Assembly: GCF_028641065.1 (NCBI RefSeq)
Contig: NC_073389.1
Location: 20,150,001 to 20,214,000 of the forward strand
DNA length: 64,000 bases
Direction: 5' to 3'
From: Leucoraja erinacea
Lineage: Eukaryota
Shown here: piece after piece, positions 1-11,942 of the stretch
How the letters are laid out: the number at the start of each line of letters is the position of its first letter
Position numbering within the stretch: position 1 is the stretch's first letter
Made by a program: the position numbers and the translations under genes
The notes under the pieces: model-generated
Told to the model about the DNA's origin: nothing
Database searches by the model: none
What the model saw: only the letters and a program-made list of their open reading frames with translations

Positions 1-126
1 AATGCAGGCTGACCATAGTCCAATAAAGCAGCATCATGATCATCTCACTCATAGACTGGAATGCTCTCTTCCTTCATTTAACATTATTAATTTTACAATA
101 CTTAAAGTCATTGTAGCTTTAATCTG

Positions 127-436
127 AGGCACAGTGGTGTAGCAGGTAGAGTTGCTGCCTCACAGACCCGGGTACAATCCTGACCAGAGGTGCCACCTGT
201 GTGGAGTTTGCATGTTCTCCCTGTGACCAAGTGGGTTTCCTCCCACATCCCAAAGAAGTGTGGCTGTGTTACCTAATTGGTCTCTGTAAATTCCCCCTAG
301 TGTGTACGGAGTGGATGAGAAAGTGAGATAACATCGAACAGGTGTGAACGGGTGATGAATAATTGGCGTAAGCTCGATGGGCCGAAGGGCCTATTTCCAT
401 ATTGTGTGTCTAAACTCAACTGAACCAAACTAAACT
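127..436 (+). mobile_element. tRNA-derived V-SINE (HE1-like), near full length
   Basis: A-box-like GGCACAGTGGTGTAGCAGGTAGAG head, V-domain (gtggagtttgcatgttctccc...cccacatcccaaaga), CR1-type tail gggccgaagggcct...ctaaac. Confidence 0.85.
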
Positions 437-460
437 ATATCTGTATATCAGATAACAGCA

Positions 461-720
461 TCACAGTGGCTCCGCGAAAGATTTGCTGCCTTGCAACATC
501 TAAGACCCAGGTTCGATCCTGACCTCGGGTGCTGTCTGTGTGGAGTTTGTACTTTCTTCCAGTGACCGCATGGGTTTCCTCCGGGTGCTCCAGTTCCCTG
601 CCTCATTCCAAAAATGTTAAATGGCTTCTGTAAAATGTCCCCAATTTGTTGGATGCTGCTAGTGTACAGGTGATCGTTGTTCGGTGTGGACTCAGTGGGC
701 CAAAGGGCTGTATCTCTAAA
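461..720 (+). mobile_element. V-SINE (HE1-like)
   Basis: B-box ggttcgatcc, V-domain, tail gtgggccaaagggctgtatctctaaa. Confidence 0.85.
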
Positions 721-1096
721 AAAAAAGAATACTTTGAAATGTTTTTATCTCTAACCCATGACAGCTGCTGTAGAGTTTATCCACAGCCTTGCACCCTGTT
801 GAAGGCAGTCAAGGTATTCTGGAGTCCTGTTCTTCATCACTGAAGCCTTGCCATGCCTTGTCGCCTGCTTCTATGGTACAAAGCATCAGCTCTATCAATC
901 ATTTACATCTGGCCCTGATATGTGTGAAGCTGCTGGTGTTTGTCACTGGTCAGTCCAAAATAGAGGTCAAAACCAGCTTGTTTTTGCCCCATTTTAAATG
1001 GATTTCTGCTGCTTTTTGTGTCTGCAAAATGGAGGAATACCCAGTGACATAATCAGACATGCAGTAGCAACAATCACAAAATATTCAGCAAGAGCT

Positions 1097-1376
1097 GCAT
1101 AGTGGCGCAATGGAAGAATTGCTGCCTGACAGTGCCAGAGACCCTGGTTCGATCCTAGCTAGGGGTGCTGCCTGTATGGGCTTTCTCTGGTTGCTGCAAG
1201 TTTCCTGCCACACTCCAACAACGCACAGGTTTGTAGGTTAAAGGCTTTAGTAAAGATTATAAATTGTCCCTAGTGTGTGTGATAGTGTTAGTGTATGGGG
1301 ATGATCTCTGCTCGGTGCAGTCTCAGTGGGCCCAAGGGTCTGTTCCTGCACTTTATCTATAAAGTCTAAAGTAAAG
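1097..1376 (+). mobile_element. V-SINE (HE1-like)
   Basis: Same head, V-domain and tail, ending (ctaaagt)n. Confidence 0.85.
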
Positions 1377-1652
1377 TCCAACTGCGACTTCACTAAAACT
1401 CAGGAAATGGCACTTGTAATTGCCGGTGTGAGATTCCTTCCCAATAGTTGGGAGATTTTGGCAAATTGACAGAACCTGCTTGAGAACTATTGAAGGATTA
1501 CAGTTCTTTGACTGTAATCAAATGAGCTCTGGCTCCACTCAAACCATTTGCACTTTGCATGTTAAATATCCTGTTTAGAAAAATAACTAAAAAAACAATG
1601 AACACCATTTTACTTCTACATTTGGCAGGCTCCTATTAATTATGCAGTGCTT

Positions 1653-1853
1653 AGCTTAGTTAAGAGATGTAGCACAGAAACAGGCCCTTCAGCCCACCAA
1701 GTCCATGCCAACCGTCGATCACCCCTTCACACTAGTTCTATGTTATCCTGCTTTCTCATCCACCCCACACAGTCGGGGCAATTTACAGAGGATCAATTAA
1801 CCTACAAACCCACATTCACAGGGGTAACATGCAAACTGTGCACAGACAGCACC
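1653..1853 (-). mobile_element. V-SINE, internally deleted
   Basis: Reverse complement of tail and V-domain. Confidence 0.8.
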
Positions 1854-2327
1854 CCATATCTACAGATTACAAAGTGAAGTAGATGTGTGCATGAATCCCC
1901 ACCATCCAGCCAAGTCCCTCTTCTCACTGCTGCTATCGGGCAGGAGATGCAGAAGCCTAAAGTCTCACATCACCAGGTTCAGGAACACCTACTTTTCCAC
2001 AGTCATTTGGTTTTTGAATCGCACAATCTTAATCCTACTTATGCAATAGGACACCATGGATCGCCTATTGAACGTGTTATTTGTCTGTATTTCTGGATTA
2101 AGATGAAAAAGATGGATGAGTGTTGATACAGTTCTGATTCAGTGTCCGGGACCATTTTATCCTCTGGAGCAAGTCACATATTTTTGACTGTATTGCCAGT
2201 CACCAAAGTTTGCCAAGAGATTCTCATGGACTAGAGTAAGATGATTTTGGAAGTAATTAGCGTTTTCATTATGTAGCAATTATCCTACAAGATATACATT
2301 TGTGACACAGCCATGCTTCTCCTTCAG

Positions 2328-2922
2328 AAACAAGGAACTGCAGATGCCGTTTTAAACAAGATGTGTAGGAAGGAACTGCCGATATTGGTTTACACTGAAG
2401 ATAGACACGAAAAGCTCTAGTAACTCAGAGGGTCAGGCAGTATCTCTGGAGGAAATGAATAGGTAACCTTTCAGGTCGAGACCCTTCTTCAGACTGCGAG
2501 TCAGGGGAGAGAGAAAGGAGAGATAGAAAAAGGTGTAAAGAAACAAATGAATGAAAGGTATGCAAAAGGACAAATCAAAGCCAGCAACGATGATGAAGAG
2601 AAGGTGGAGCCCACAATGGTCCAATGTTGGCTGTGGAGAAAATAACGAGTGATACAAACAGTGAAACACAGCTGAATGACAGTGAAACTAGCATGACAAC
2701 AAGGGTGGGGGAAAGATAGGGGATGCAAGAGTTATTTGAAGTTAGAGAAATCAAATTCATACCGCTGGGTTGTAAGCTGCTTAAGTGAAATATGAGGTAC
2801 TGTTCCTCCAATTTGAACTTGGCCTCACTCTGACAGTGGAGGAGGCCCCAGGACAGAAAGGTCAGTGTGGGAAGGGGAGTTAGTGTTTACCAATCCCGCT
2901 GAGTTACTCCAGCACGTTGTGT
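2328..2922 (-). mobile_element. Penelope-like element 3' fragment (GIY-YIG C-terminus, 3' UTR, terminal repeat with hammerhead motif)
   Basis: Minus strand encodes broken TDLSVLG.LLHCQSEAK.KLEEQYLIFHLSSLQPSGMN, followed by CTGAAGA-agggtctcgacct-GAAA. Confidence 0.85.
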
Positions 2923-3320
2923 ATTTTTTTATGATTCTCCTCTGCTCCATTTCATGGTTTGCAGGTTTGTGCCATTGAAATTAGAATCTCCTTTTTGCTT
3001 TCAGTGGCTGACCTTGTTCACCCTTTAACTGCCTTTGCCAGATGCTCCAATGCTGAACATTTGCAAAGAACCTGAACAAAAATACTCGTGAGACAAAGCT
3101 ATGAGGCAGTGTACTCACACAGCCAAGTACATTTTCTCCTCCATGCTGTTCCTTCGATGTGGGACTACTGTTAGAATTTACTTCCCAAGGCATGACTCCA
3201 ATTTTCAGCACATTGTCCATGGGATTTTCACCAATGATTCTTCCAAAGGATGTACAATTTGTGCTGACCTTTGAAATGTGCTCCAAATGATTGCCCGACA
3301 AAGGAGCTCTGCTAGTTTTA

Positions 3321-3608
3321 GCGGCACAGTTAAGCATCAGTGGAGTTGCTGCCTCACAACGCCAGAGACCTGGGTTCCATCCTGACCACAGTTGATGTCG
3401 GTACAGAGTTTGTACATGATAACTGTGTGGGTTTTCTCTGGGTTCTCCGGTTTCCTCGCACACTCCAAAAACGTACAGGTTTGTAGATTAAGTGGCTTTG
3501 TTAAATATTGTAAATTGTCCCTAGTGTGTAGAATAGTGCTCGTGTATGTGATCGCTGGTCAGCGTGGACTTGTTGGGCCAGGGCCTGTTTCCACGCTGTA
3601 TCTCTAAA
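3321..3608 (+). mobile_element. V-SINE (HE1-like)
   Basis: Head, V-domain and tail all present. Confidence 0.85.
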
Positions 3609-4144
3609 CCTGTTTTGAATCCCATTTGCATAATTTAAACATTTTTCTTCCTTATGTTTTGGCCCATCCATGGACGTTCCTCACATCTCCTCCTCCTGAA
3701 ATATCCTCCAGCAGTGTAGACTTTTTTTTATGTATAGCCCAAATATGCAAATGTTTCTCAGGCCTACATTGAGCTTTTTTTTGGTAGAATGTGCCGTCTG
3801 CTGAACAGATTCACGTTTTGTTATTTCTCCATCTTCCTTCAATGCTTGCATTGAAATCCACCTCTGATCGACCCTACATCACATATCTAATCTCTTTGAC
3901 AATATGCACTTTGTTTGATGGTTCATCTGCAAAATTCATTGAGACATTTAGCTTTCGAAGCACCGTCAAATGCGGGTTATCCTCTTGCGGCAACAATGTT
4001 TGTTGGCAGACAAAATGTGATTCCAAGTTGCTGACGTTTGCCTGGCCATTTTGTTGAATAAACCTTGGTTGCTTGAAGTATCTGGCCTAAATAGTCCATG
4101 TTCAGGATGCTCTCTTGTTTATTAACATTGGTAAAATCAGGTAA

Positions 4145-4456
4145 AGGCTCTGTCCCACTTTCCCGAGTTACTCACAAACTCTCCTGAGTTTTCCCCTTGA
4201 TTCGAACTCGGGGAATGTCGGGTAATGTCAGTAGCGAGCTCGTGGGAGCCCGATGGAGTCCGTAGATGTTTCGTAGCGGCTCGTAATGCCAGCCCTAGGA
4301 ACTCGGGGCATCAGGTAAGTCGAGACGTTTTTTCAACATGTTGAAAAATGTCCACGAGTTAAAAAAATAGCCCAGAGTACCGTAATTCTCCGAGTTCGAA
4401 TCAAGGGGAAAACTCGGGAGAGTTCGTGAGTAACTCAGGAAAGTGGGACAGGGCCT
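4145..4456. mobile_element. PIF/Harbinger-type MITE
   Basis: ~72-bp terminal inverted repeats (AGGCTCTGTCCCACTTTCC... / ...GGAAAGTGGGACAGGGCCT), TAA on both flanks (4142-4144, 4457-4459), no ORF. Confidence 0.85.
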
Positions 4457-5308
4457 TAACGTTGGTTATATAAAACAGAATTTAAAGCAAAATTTATATT
4501 TAAAACCAAAATATTCAGGCCAAGTGCATACTGCAAAGCACGTATCTATAGTGTATATAGTAAAGTGCTGAAAATAGGTTGCGCACGTGAACATTGATAA
4601 AGTGGTTAAACCTTTAAAACGGGATTTGTGATATGCTTTCTTAACTGTAGGCCCTTTAGGTCTTGTTAGTGGAGTGTTTCATACTCTTATTATCAGCACA
4701 ACATTGTCTCTTTAATAAGCTGATTGCTTTGCAGATGCCTAAACATCAGAACAGTTCCGTGCCCTTTGAGAATTTCTTTGTGATGCTAATAACATAAATC
4801 CTTTGAGCGATTTTACTTTCCTACCTCTGAAACTGTTGGCATGGAAATAGTAAAGGTAATTGGAAAAGATTTTCAAAGTTGTGATTAAAAAAAACAACAC
4901 ACTAAAAACAGAAAATATCTTTAATATCAAAGGCTGCATATGATAAATATTAATGGAATACAATGTCGATCTGGGAAATTAAAAAATAAGCTCGGAAAAA
5001 TAACAGCAATCTTTTATCATGATTTTCTGTGACAGCAGTTGGGTGTTTTCTGTTATGCAACAATTCACAGTTGGCTGAAAATCTACAGGTGATCTACTGG
5101 TAATGTGGATTTAATATTAACGAGCCTCATGTGAGACAAGAAATTTGAAGCACTCATTTTCCCAAAGGTACCATTATCACAACATTGCAAGAAGATAAGT
5201 CAATTTTAAGTGTGGTGGAGGACGAGCCTATGGTAGCTATGGTTGAACTTGACAAAGGTACTTGAAGCCTGAGGTCTGGTCAAGTAGAAATGATACTGAT
5301 AAATTATA

Positions 5309-5600
5309 CAGGTCCACCACCTATTTCCCAGCAACTGGTAGTCCGGCATCTCCTTTAATCCGGACAAAATTACGAAAGCCCACTTGATGCCCCGAAAATG
5401 TGGCGCCTAGGCCGGGTGAGACGGCCGATCTCGACCTCATCGGGACTTCGATCGTTGGGTCGAATTTGCCCCCTGCAGCCAGAGCTCTGGATCTCCGGCC
5501 CAGCCGGTGCTGGCAGATCCGTTCCCATTGCCAACTTCCGAGTCCAAGTTAGATGGGCGGTTCCAATGCTCCAGTTTGATATTCAGAGAATTCAGAACAT
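5309..5600 (+). mobile_element. Tc1/pogo(Tigger)-like DNA element, left end only
   Basis: TA followed by CAGGTCCACC...ttaatccgga subterminal motif and a CpG-rich body; no matching right TIR found. Confidence 0.45.
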
Positions 5601-5737
5601 TTACCGTTTTAGTTCTGAAGCTAAAAAGCAAATAGCTAGTTTGGAGTCAACATCTATTGAGCCAGATTATGCTTCACCCTGCCTCTCCTCTGCCAACCCC
5701 AGGTGCCTACACCCATTTATTGCCACCCAGGGTAGCA

Positions 5738-6034
5738 GGGTGGCACAGTGGTAGAGTTGCAGCACCGGCGACCCGGGTTCTATCCCAACTACAGGAGCTG
5801 TCTGTATGCAGTTTGTATATTACCCTTGTGACCACCTGTGTTTTCACCAAGACCTTCGGTTTCCTCCCACACTCCAAAGATGTACAGGTTTGTAGGTTAA
5901 TTGGCTTGGTATAAGTGTAAATTGTCCCTAGTATGTGTAGGACAGCGTTAATGTGCGGGGATTGCTGGCCGGTGTGAACTCAGTGGGCCGAAGGGCCTGT
6001 TTCCATGCTGTATCATTAAACTGAACTAAACTAT
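5738..6034 (+). mobile_element. V-SINE (HE1-like)
   Basis: Head, V-domain and tail. Confidence 0.85.
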
Positions 6035-6587
6035 AAATAAGCAGGTCCAGCAATCATGCTGTCCTGGCTGCTACAAATGTTCCTTAAGGTGGAGCTAATT
6101 ACAAGCTGCATTTGGACTGGCGTGCTGAATATCAATGGCACAACCTTGTAACACTGCGTTTGGCAGCTTGATGGTGTCAAGGGCATTGGAAAATGGTTTT
6201 AAGTATCTCTGATGATGAGCTTTAAAAACAGTTCAAAAGCATATAAATAATTAACACCCATATTATTGAAATAAATTAAAATTAATAGATTTATTAAAAG
6301 CATTTTGCATGATATATATTAATTAAAAAAAACATTAAGGTTAAAGTAAAATTAAGGAAAAGTGATTTAAATCACAGCTGAATTTTTAATCAAGTGTCTG
6401 GACCACACTCTACTTGCCAGCCATGGATGGTTTAAAAGTGAAGGACCAAAATGTGAAGTGCTTCTCGTCCCTTAGCTCAGGACAACTGGGCTCTGTCCCT
6501 GGGCTCAGCCCTCAGATGCTTCAGTACCTGGTGAGCATGTTGTAGGCCGTTGTTACTGAAGACCTGGAATAGTTCAACACTGCAGCT

Positions 6588-6891
6588 GGGTGGCACGGTG
6601 GTGCAGCGGTAGAGTTGCTGACGCCCAGCGCCAGAGACCCGGGTATAATCCTGACTACGGGTACTGTCTGTACAGAGTTTGTGCGATCTCCCCGTGACTG
6701 CGTGGGTTTTCACCGGTTGCTCTGGTTCCCTCCCACACTATGAAGACATGCAGGTTTGTAGGTAATTTGCCTTCGATAAAAATTGTAAATTGTCCCTGGT
6801 GTGTATAGGATAGTGTTAGTGCATGGGGATCACTGGCCGGTACATAGTCGGTGGAACAAAGGGCCTATTACTGTGCTGTATCTCTAAACTA
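6588..6891 (+). mobile_element. V-SINE (HE1-like), well preserved
   Basis: ggcacggtggtgcagcggtagag head through gtatctctaaact tail. Confidence 0.88.
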
Positions 6892-7030
6892 CAGCCAATA
6901 AAGGGGATATACTTCAATGAGGATAGAACATGGAAAAATTCCTAACATTGGTCATGATGTTAGCAGATACTATTCATCCCAGAAAATAACCCAAGGTCTA
7001 TTGAATGAGAGACTCCAGAATCTCCCTCCC

Positions 7031-7365
7031 TTTTTAAATTTTAATCAAAAATATTTATTCAAATATTAAAATAATATAAACAGTACAGTAAAAAAAACGC
7101 AGCCCATCACCATAATACATGACAAACAAATATACTAAACAAACCACTATACAACTATGTTGCAATCCTATGTTGCGGGGGTGGGGGGAAGAGCTCAGAG
7201 AAAAGACGGGGGAAGAGCCAAGGAGGAGAGGGTATATCACGGGGGAGGGGAGCTGGAGCCAACGAGGGGGACCAGAAGGGAAGGGGTTGGTGCTGCGGGC
7301 CGTTACAATGGTGGTGCGTTGGAACTCACGCTCTCCTCCGCCGTGATTAGAGTCTCCGCTTCCCA
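7031..7365 (-). mobile_element. Poly(A)-tailed retroposon remnant (L1/Tx1-like 3' end)
   Basis: Minus strand ends ttgaataaatatttttgattaaaatttaaaaa (AATAAA plus A-rich tail), preceded by a C-rich tract. Confidence 0.4.
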
Positions 7366-7790
7366 TTTGGCGACTTTGGCGACTTTGCGCCGAGCCGGGC
7401 CACTTTAGGTCCCTCCGAAAATTGTGTCCGGTTAGAGACCTCCTCTGGCAACCCGCAACATCGCTCAGCTCCAGTAAAGACGCAATGACGCAGGAAGGGG
7501 CGGAATGTCCCAGGGAGTGACAGGAGAAGCGACCAATCCACGCGACGTTGACTGGCAGCAGAGGAGATTGATCTGTGCACGGGTGGTTTTTAAGATTTTT
7601 AAACCTCGCTAACTTTTACAACATACCACTGATCAGAACAAAACTTGATGCACTTGCAGCACAGGAGAACGGTGAGTGATCTGACGAAAATTGTTGCGTT
7701 ATTGCGTACCGTTTTGCTGCAAATTCAAAGACCGCGCAAACCTGAAGAGCACGAGATCAGAATTTTAGTTATGTTCAGAAGATAGATAGA
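7366..7790 (-). mobile_element. Helitron-like non-autonomous element, 5' portion
   Basis: Minus strand starts in (TCTA)n, then aactaaaattctgatc... and the imperfect palindrome aaaacggtacgcaataacgcaacaatttt; no CTAG 3' end seen. Confidence 0.4.
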
Positions 7791-7797
7791 TAGACAA

Positions 7798-7855
<58 letters not shown>
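7781..7855. repeat. (GATA)n microsatellite
   Basis: Direct reading. Confidence 0.97.
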
Positions 7856-8517
7856 TACAAATCTTTAGCAAGGCTTTAGAAATGCTTTGTGGTGCACTGA
7901 TGCGACGGTCTTAGTTCAACTCTGCTCTCTTGACCTGCAATATCTGTATGAAATGCTGTCTCTTTTATCTATCAAAGGAATTTGCCTCTACCATCTTGTT
8001 AGGCCACATACCACCCCACTGATATTCAGAAGGCAAACCGGCTGTGTTGCTTTCCCCTATTTATATTACAACAACCAGCACAAGAACTTGCCATGGATTT
8101 CCATCTTTCCTCATGAGGAAACTGACTGTCACTTTGCTGACAGTCCAAGCACAGTTGGAGGGTAATGTTATCAGCCGTATATGACAGGCAGCATATAAGA
8201 TGACATAATGAATTTACAATGTGTCATAACGGCAGCTTTTCCCTTGAGTTCACTGTTTGCCAGGAGACCTGCAGGCAGTAGGAGTTGTCCAGCGAAACAC
8301 AGTCGGGTTAGCGGAATGCTCAAGATTGTGTCAAGTGGGATGCAAAGTGTGAAGAGGCAAGTCATCCATTTTAGATTAGAATAACACGGCACAGTGGTAG
8401 AGTTGTTGCCTCACAGCACCAGAGACCCGGGTTCAATCCTGACTTTTGTTGCTGTCTGTATGGAGTTTTCCCTGTGACTGCGCAAGTGTCCACCGGGTGC
8501 TCCCGTTTCCTCCCACA

Positions 8518-9733
8518 GTCAAGAGTCAAGAGAGTTTATTGTCATGTGTCCCAGATAGGACAATGAAATTCTTGCTTTGCTTCAGCACAACAGAATATAG
8601 CAGGCATGAATACAGAACTGATCAGTGTGTCCATATGCCATTATATAAATATATACACACAACAATAAGTAAGCAGTTAAAGTGCAATAAACAGATAATG
8701 GGCTATTAATGTTCAGAGATTTGTTTCAATTGAGTTTAATAGCCTGATGGTTGTGGGGAAGCAGCTATTTCTGAAGCTGGACGTTGCAGTCTTCAGGCTC
8801 CTGTAGGTAGCAGGAAGATGAGTGTGTGGCCAGAATGGTGTGGGTCCTTGATGATGCTGCCAGCCTTTTTGAGGTAGCGAAGATGATAGATCCCCTCGAT
8901 GGAAGGGAGATCAGAGCCAATGATGGACTGGGCAGTATTTACCACTTTTTGTTGTCTTTTCGGCTCCTGGGTGCTCAAGTTGCCGAACCAAGCAACGATG
9001 CAACCGGTCAGCATGCTCTCTACTGTACACCTGTAGAAGTTAGAGAGTGTCCTCCTTGACATACCAACTCTCCGTAATCTTCTCAGGAAGTAGAGCCGCT
9101 GATGTGCTTTCGGAATATTTGCATCAGTGTTCGGACCAGGAGAAATATGCACACCAAGGAATTTGAAGCTCTTCACCCTCTCCACCATCGACCCATTGAT
9201 ATAAACTGGACTGTGGGTCCCCATCCTACCCTTTCCAAAGTCCACAATCAGTTCCTTGGTTTTGCAGGTGTTGAGGGCCAGGTTATTGCGCTGGCACCAT
9301 TTTGTCAGTCGGTCAATCTCACTTCTATACTCTGACTCGTCCCCGTCAGTGATATGTCCCACAACAGTGGGGTTGTCAGCGAATTTGATGATGGAATTCG
9401 CACTATGACCGGCTATGCAGTCATGAGTATAGAGTGAGTACAGCAGGAGGCTGTGCATGCAGTCTTTAGGTATTCCCGTGCTGATTGTTATCGAGGCTGA
9501 CACATTTCCACCAATACAAACAGTCTGTGATCTTTGAATGAGGAAGTCGAGGATCCAATTGCAGAGGGATGCGCAGAGGCCCGGATCTGAGAGCTTGGCA
9601 ACCAGCTTGGAGGGGATGATTGTATTAAATGCCAAGCTGTAATGAATGAATAACAGCCTGACATATGAGTTTTTGTTGTCCAAGTGGTCCAGAGCAGAGT
9701 GGAGAGCCAGCGAGATCGCATCCACTGTTGATC
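8518..9733 (-). mobile_element. 5'-truncated Rex1/Babar-type LINE
   Basis: RT-domain ORF plus 3' UTR ending aatttcattgtcc...atgacaataaa(ctcttga)n. Confidence 0.9.
8793..9725 (-). pseudogene. Rex1/Babar reverse transcriptase remnant (310 codons open, catalytic motifs mutated)
   Basis: [13 protein letters not shown]...YVRLLF(I)[32 protein letters not shown] (normally FADD), [29 protein letters not shown]. Confidence 0.9.
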
Positions 9734-10260
9734 ATGCAGTTAATTGGCTTCTGTGAATTGCCCCTGGTGTGTGGGATGTGAAAGTGAGATCAAACATCAA
9801 ACTAGTGTACATGTGATTGATGGACGGTATGGGCTTGGTGGGTCGAATGGCGTGTTTTTTGTGCCGTGTCTCTAAAACTAAAAGCAAATCAAAAACAAAA
9901 ATAAGCAAAAATAAGACAAGTCAAACTGTTTTCTTAATGGCATGAAATTAAAAACTGAGGGAGAGCCAATGTCCATACCATGAATCACCAAAGATTAGTG
10001 AATTGTAGCAAACTTCAAATAGAATGTCTATCACAAAGCTATGGAGAGAGAGCTGGTGGACAGAGCTCAGGTTGCTCTGGTAGAAGTCCAGCATGGACTG
10101 GATGGGCTGAATGGATGCCTCCTGTGCTGTAACTATGCTGTGACTGCATAAGAATATCATTTGTAAAAGCATCTCAGACGTTCTGCTGCAGTGTTTGCTG
10201 TGATAATTTCAGCATCTCTTCAAACCTTTACCTGACATTGACATCAATTAAATCTTAAGG

Positions 10261-10560
10261 ATGGCACAGTGGTGTTCCTGTAGAGTTGCAGCCTCACAGC
10301 ACCAGACACCCAGGTTTGTTCCTGACTACAGGCGCTGTCTGTATGAAGTTTGTATCTTCTCCCTGAGACCTCGTGGGTTGGCTCTGGCTGCTCCTGTTTC
10401 CTCTCTCTTTCCAAAGACGTACAGATTTGTAGGTTAATTGGCTTCTGTAAAATTGTCCCTTGTGTATGATTGAACTAGTATACGGGTGATCATTGGTCGG
10501 CGAGGACTTGGTGGGCTGAAGGGCCTGTTTCCACATTGTGTCTCTAAAACTAAAAGTAAA
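10261..10560 (+). mobile_element. V-SINE (HE1-like)
   Basis: Head, V-domain and tail. Confidence 0.85.
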
Positions 10561-11114
10561 AGCAATAAAGCTTGTCTTTTTTAATCTGTGGTTATTGTGT
10601 AATTTATTCATCAGTACGTGTTAGATTTCATACAATGTGGTGAGAGGATAATGAATCCAAGCCATGACATATTTATGGTGCATGTGCAACTGTTCTTTGG
10701 CAGCCGGGTGTTTGGGGGTGGGTATGTATCTGTTCCTCAACACTTCAGTTGGGATCGGTAGACATTTAATCCGTGGCAACCGAGTGCGGTGTGGGTGGAT
10801 GTTTGTCTGATCTTTGGCAGCCCTTTACAGGTGGGTGGAGATGTAGCTGATCCCTTGTGGAGCAGAAGGAAATGGGGACATGTATGATCCGTGACAGTGT
10901 GGGTGGGTGGTTCTGCATCTGTTTGTTTGCGTTCTCCTGGGCACTGGATAAGCAAGAAAACCTTGACAATCTAGTGTCTGAATTCACTAGCTGTACACTG
11001 TGGGTGGGTGTGCACTCCTGACTGGTTGAGTGCAAAATGGTTGTATAGTCTAATCCATGACACCCTGACATGGATGAGTTAGTGATTTTACATCTAATCC
11101 CTGCAAAGCTCTTT

Positions 11115-11519
11115 TGTTTAGTTTAGAGATACAGCACGGAAACAGCCCTTCGGCCCACTGTGTCCACGCTAGTTCTATCCTACTCTCTAGGGATCATTTA
11201 CAGAAGCCAAGTAACCTACAAACCTGNNNNNNNNNNNNNNNNNNNNNNNNNNNNNNNNNNNNNNNNNNNNNNNNNNNNNNNNNNNNNNNNNNNNNNNNNN
11301 NNNNNNNNNNNNNNNNNNNNNNNNNNNNNNNNNNNNNNNNNNNNNNNNNNNNNNNNNNNNNNNNNNNNNNNNNNNNNNNGATTACCGCTCACAGAAATCC
11401 CCGCAGGTCACAGGGAGGATGTACAAACTCCGTGTGGACAAGCACCCCAGAGTCAGGATTGAATCCGGGGCTCTGGCGTTGTCAGGCAGCAACTCTATTG
11501 CTGCGCCACTGTGCCGCCC
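11115..11519 (-). mobile_element. V-SINE spanning an assembly gap
   Basis: Tail left of the gap, head right of it. Confidence 0.75.
11227..11379. other. Assembly gap (N run)
   Basis: 153 N. Confidence 0.99.
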
Positions 11520-11942
11520 ACTGTAATGGTCACTGTGAGGTCAGTGATTCTTGCCTGGTCATCAAGCATGGATTAGTGCGTATGATCCTCATCCAAGATG
11601 GTGGAATGATTGATCAGTGACTGATCTTGTACTTTATCTGGAACGTCTGCTTAGTTTATTTTATAATCACGCGTACCGAGATACAGAGAAAGCTTTTTTA
11701 TATTGCCTGCAAACCAGTCAGCGGAATGGCTATACATGATTACAATCAAGCTGTCCACAGTGTACAGAGGCAGAATAAAGGGAATCATGTTATTGCAAGA
11801 TAAAGTCCTGTAAAGTTTGATTAAATGTAGTCCGAGGGTCTCCAATGAGGCAGATGGTAGCTCAGGACCGCTCTCATCCTGTTAGAGGCTAGGGGAGACC
11901 TGATAAAAGTTTATGTAATATTACGAGACACTAAGATAGGGT

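Larger units (their letters stand above)
8387..9882 (+). mobile_element. V-SINE split by a Rex1/Babar insertion (halves 8387-8518 and ~9733-9882)
   Basis: 5' half ends ...tttcctcccaca; the SINE resumes gttaattggcttctgtgaattgcccc after the LINE. Confidence 0.8.

Noticed and set aside
127-200. V-SINE heads as tRNA genes
   Set aside because: A and B boxes are present but there is no complete cloverleaf, and each head continues into the V-domain and LINE tail.
8793-9725. 310-aa ORF as a functional or domesticated RT gene
   Set aside because: It is 5'-truncated with no true start, catalytic motifs are altered (FADN, FIHYS, PKDC), there is an internal deletion, and it retains a normal LINE tail.
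10690-10920. CRISPR-like repeat/spacer appearance
   Set aside because: The repeats are too degenerate and irregular, there are no cas genes, and the context is a vertebrate genome.
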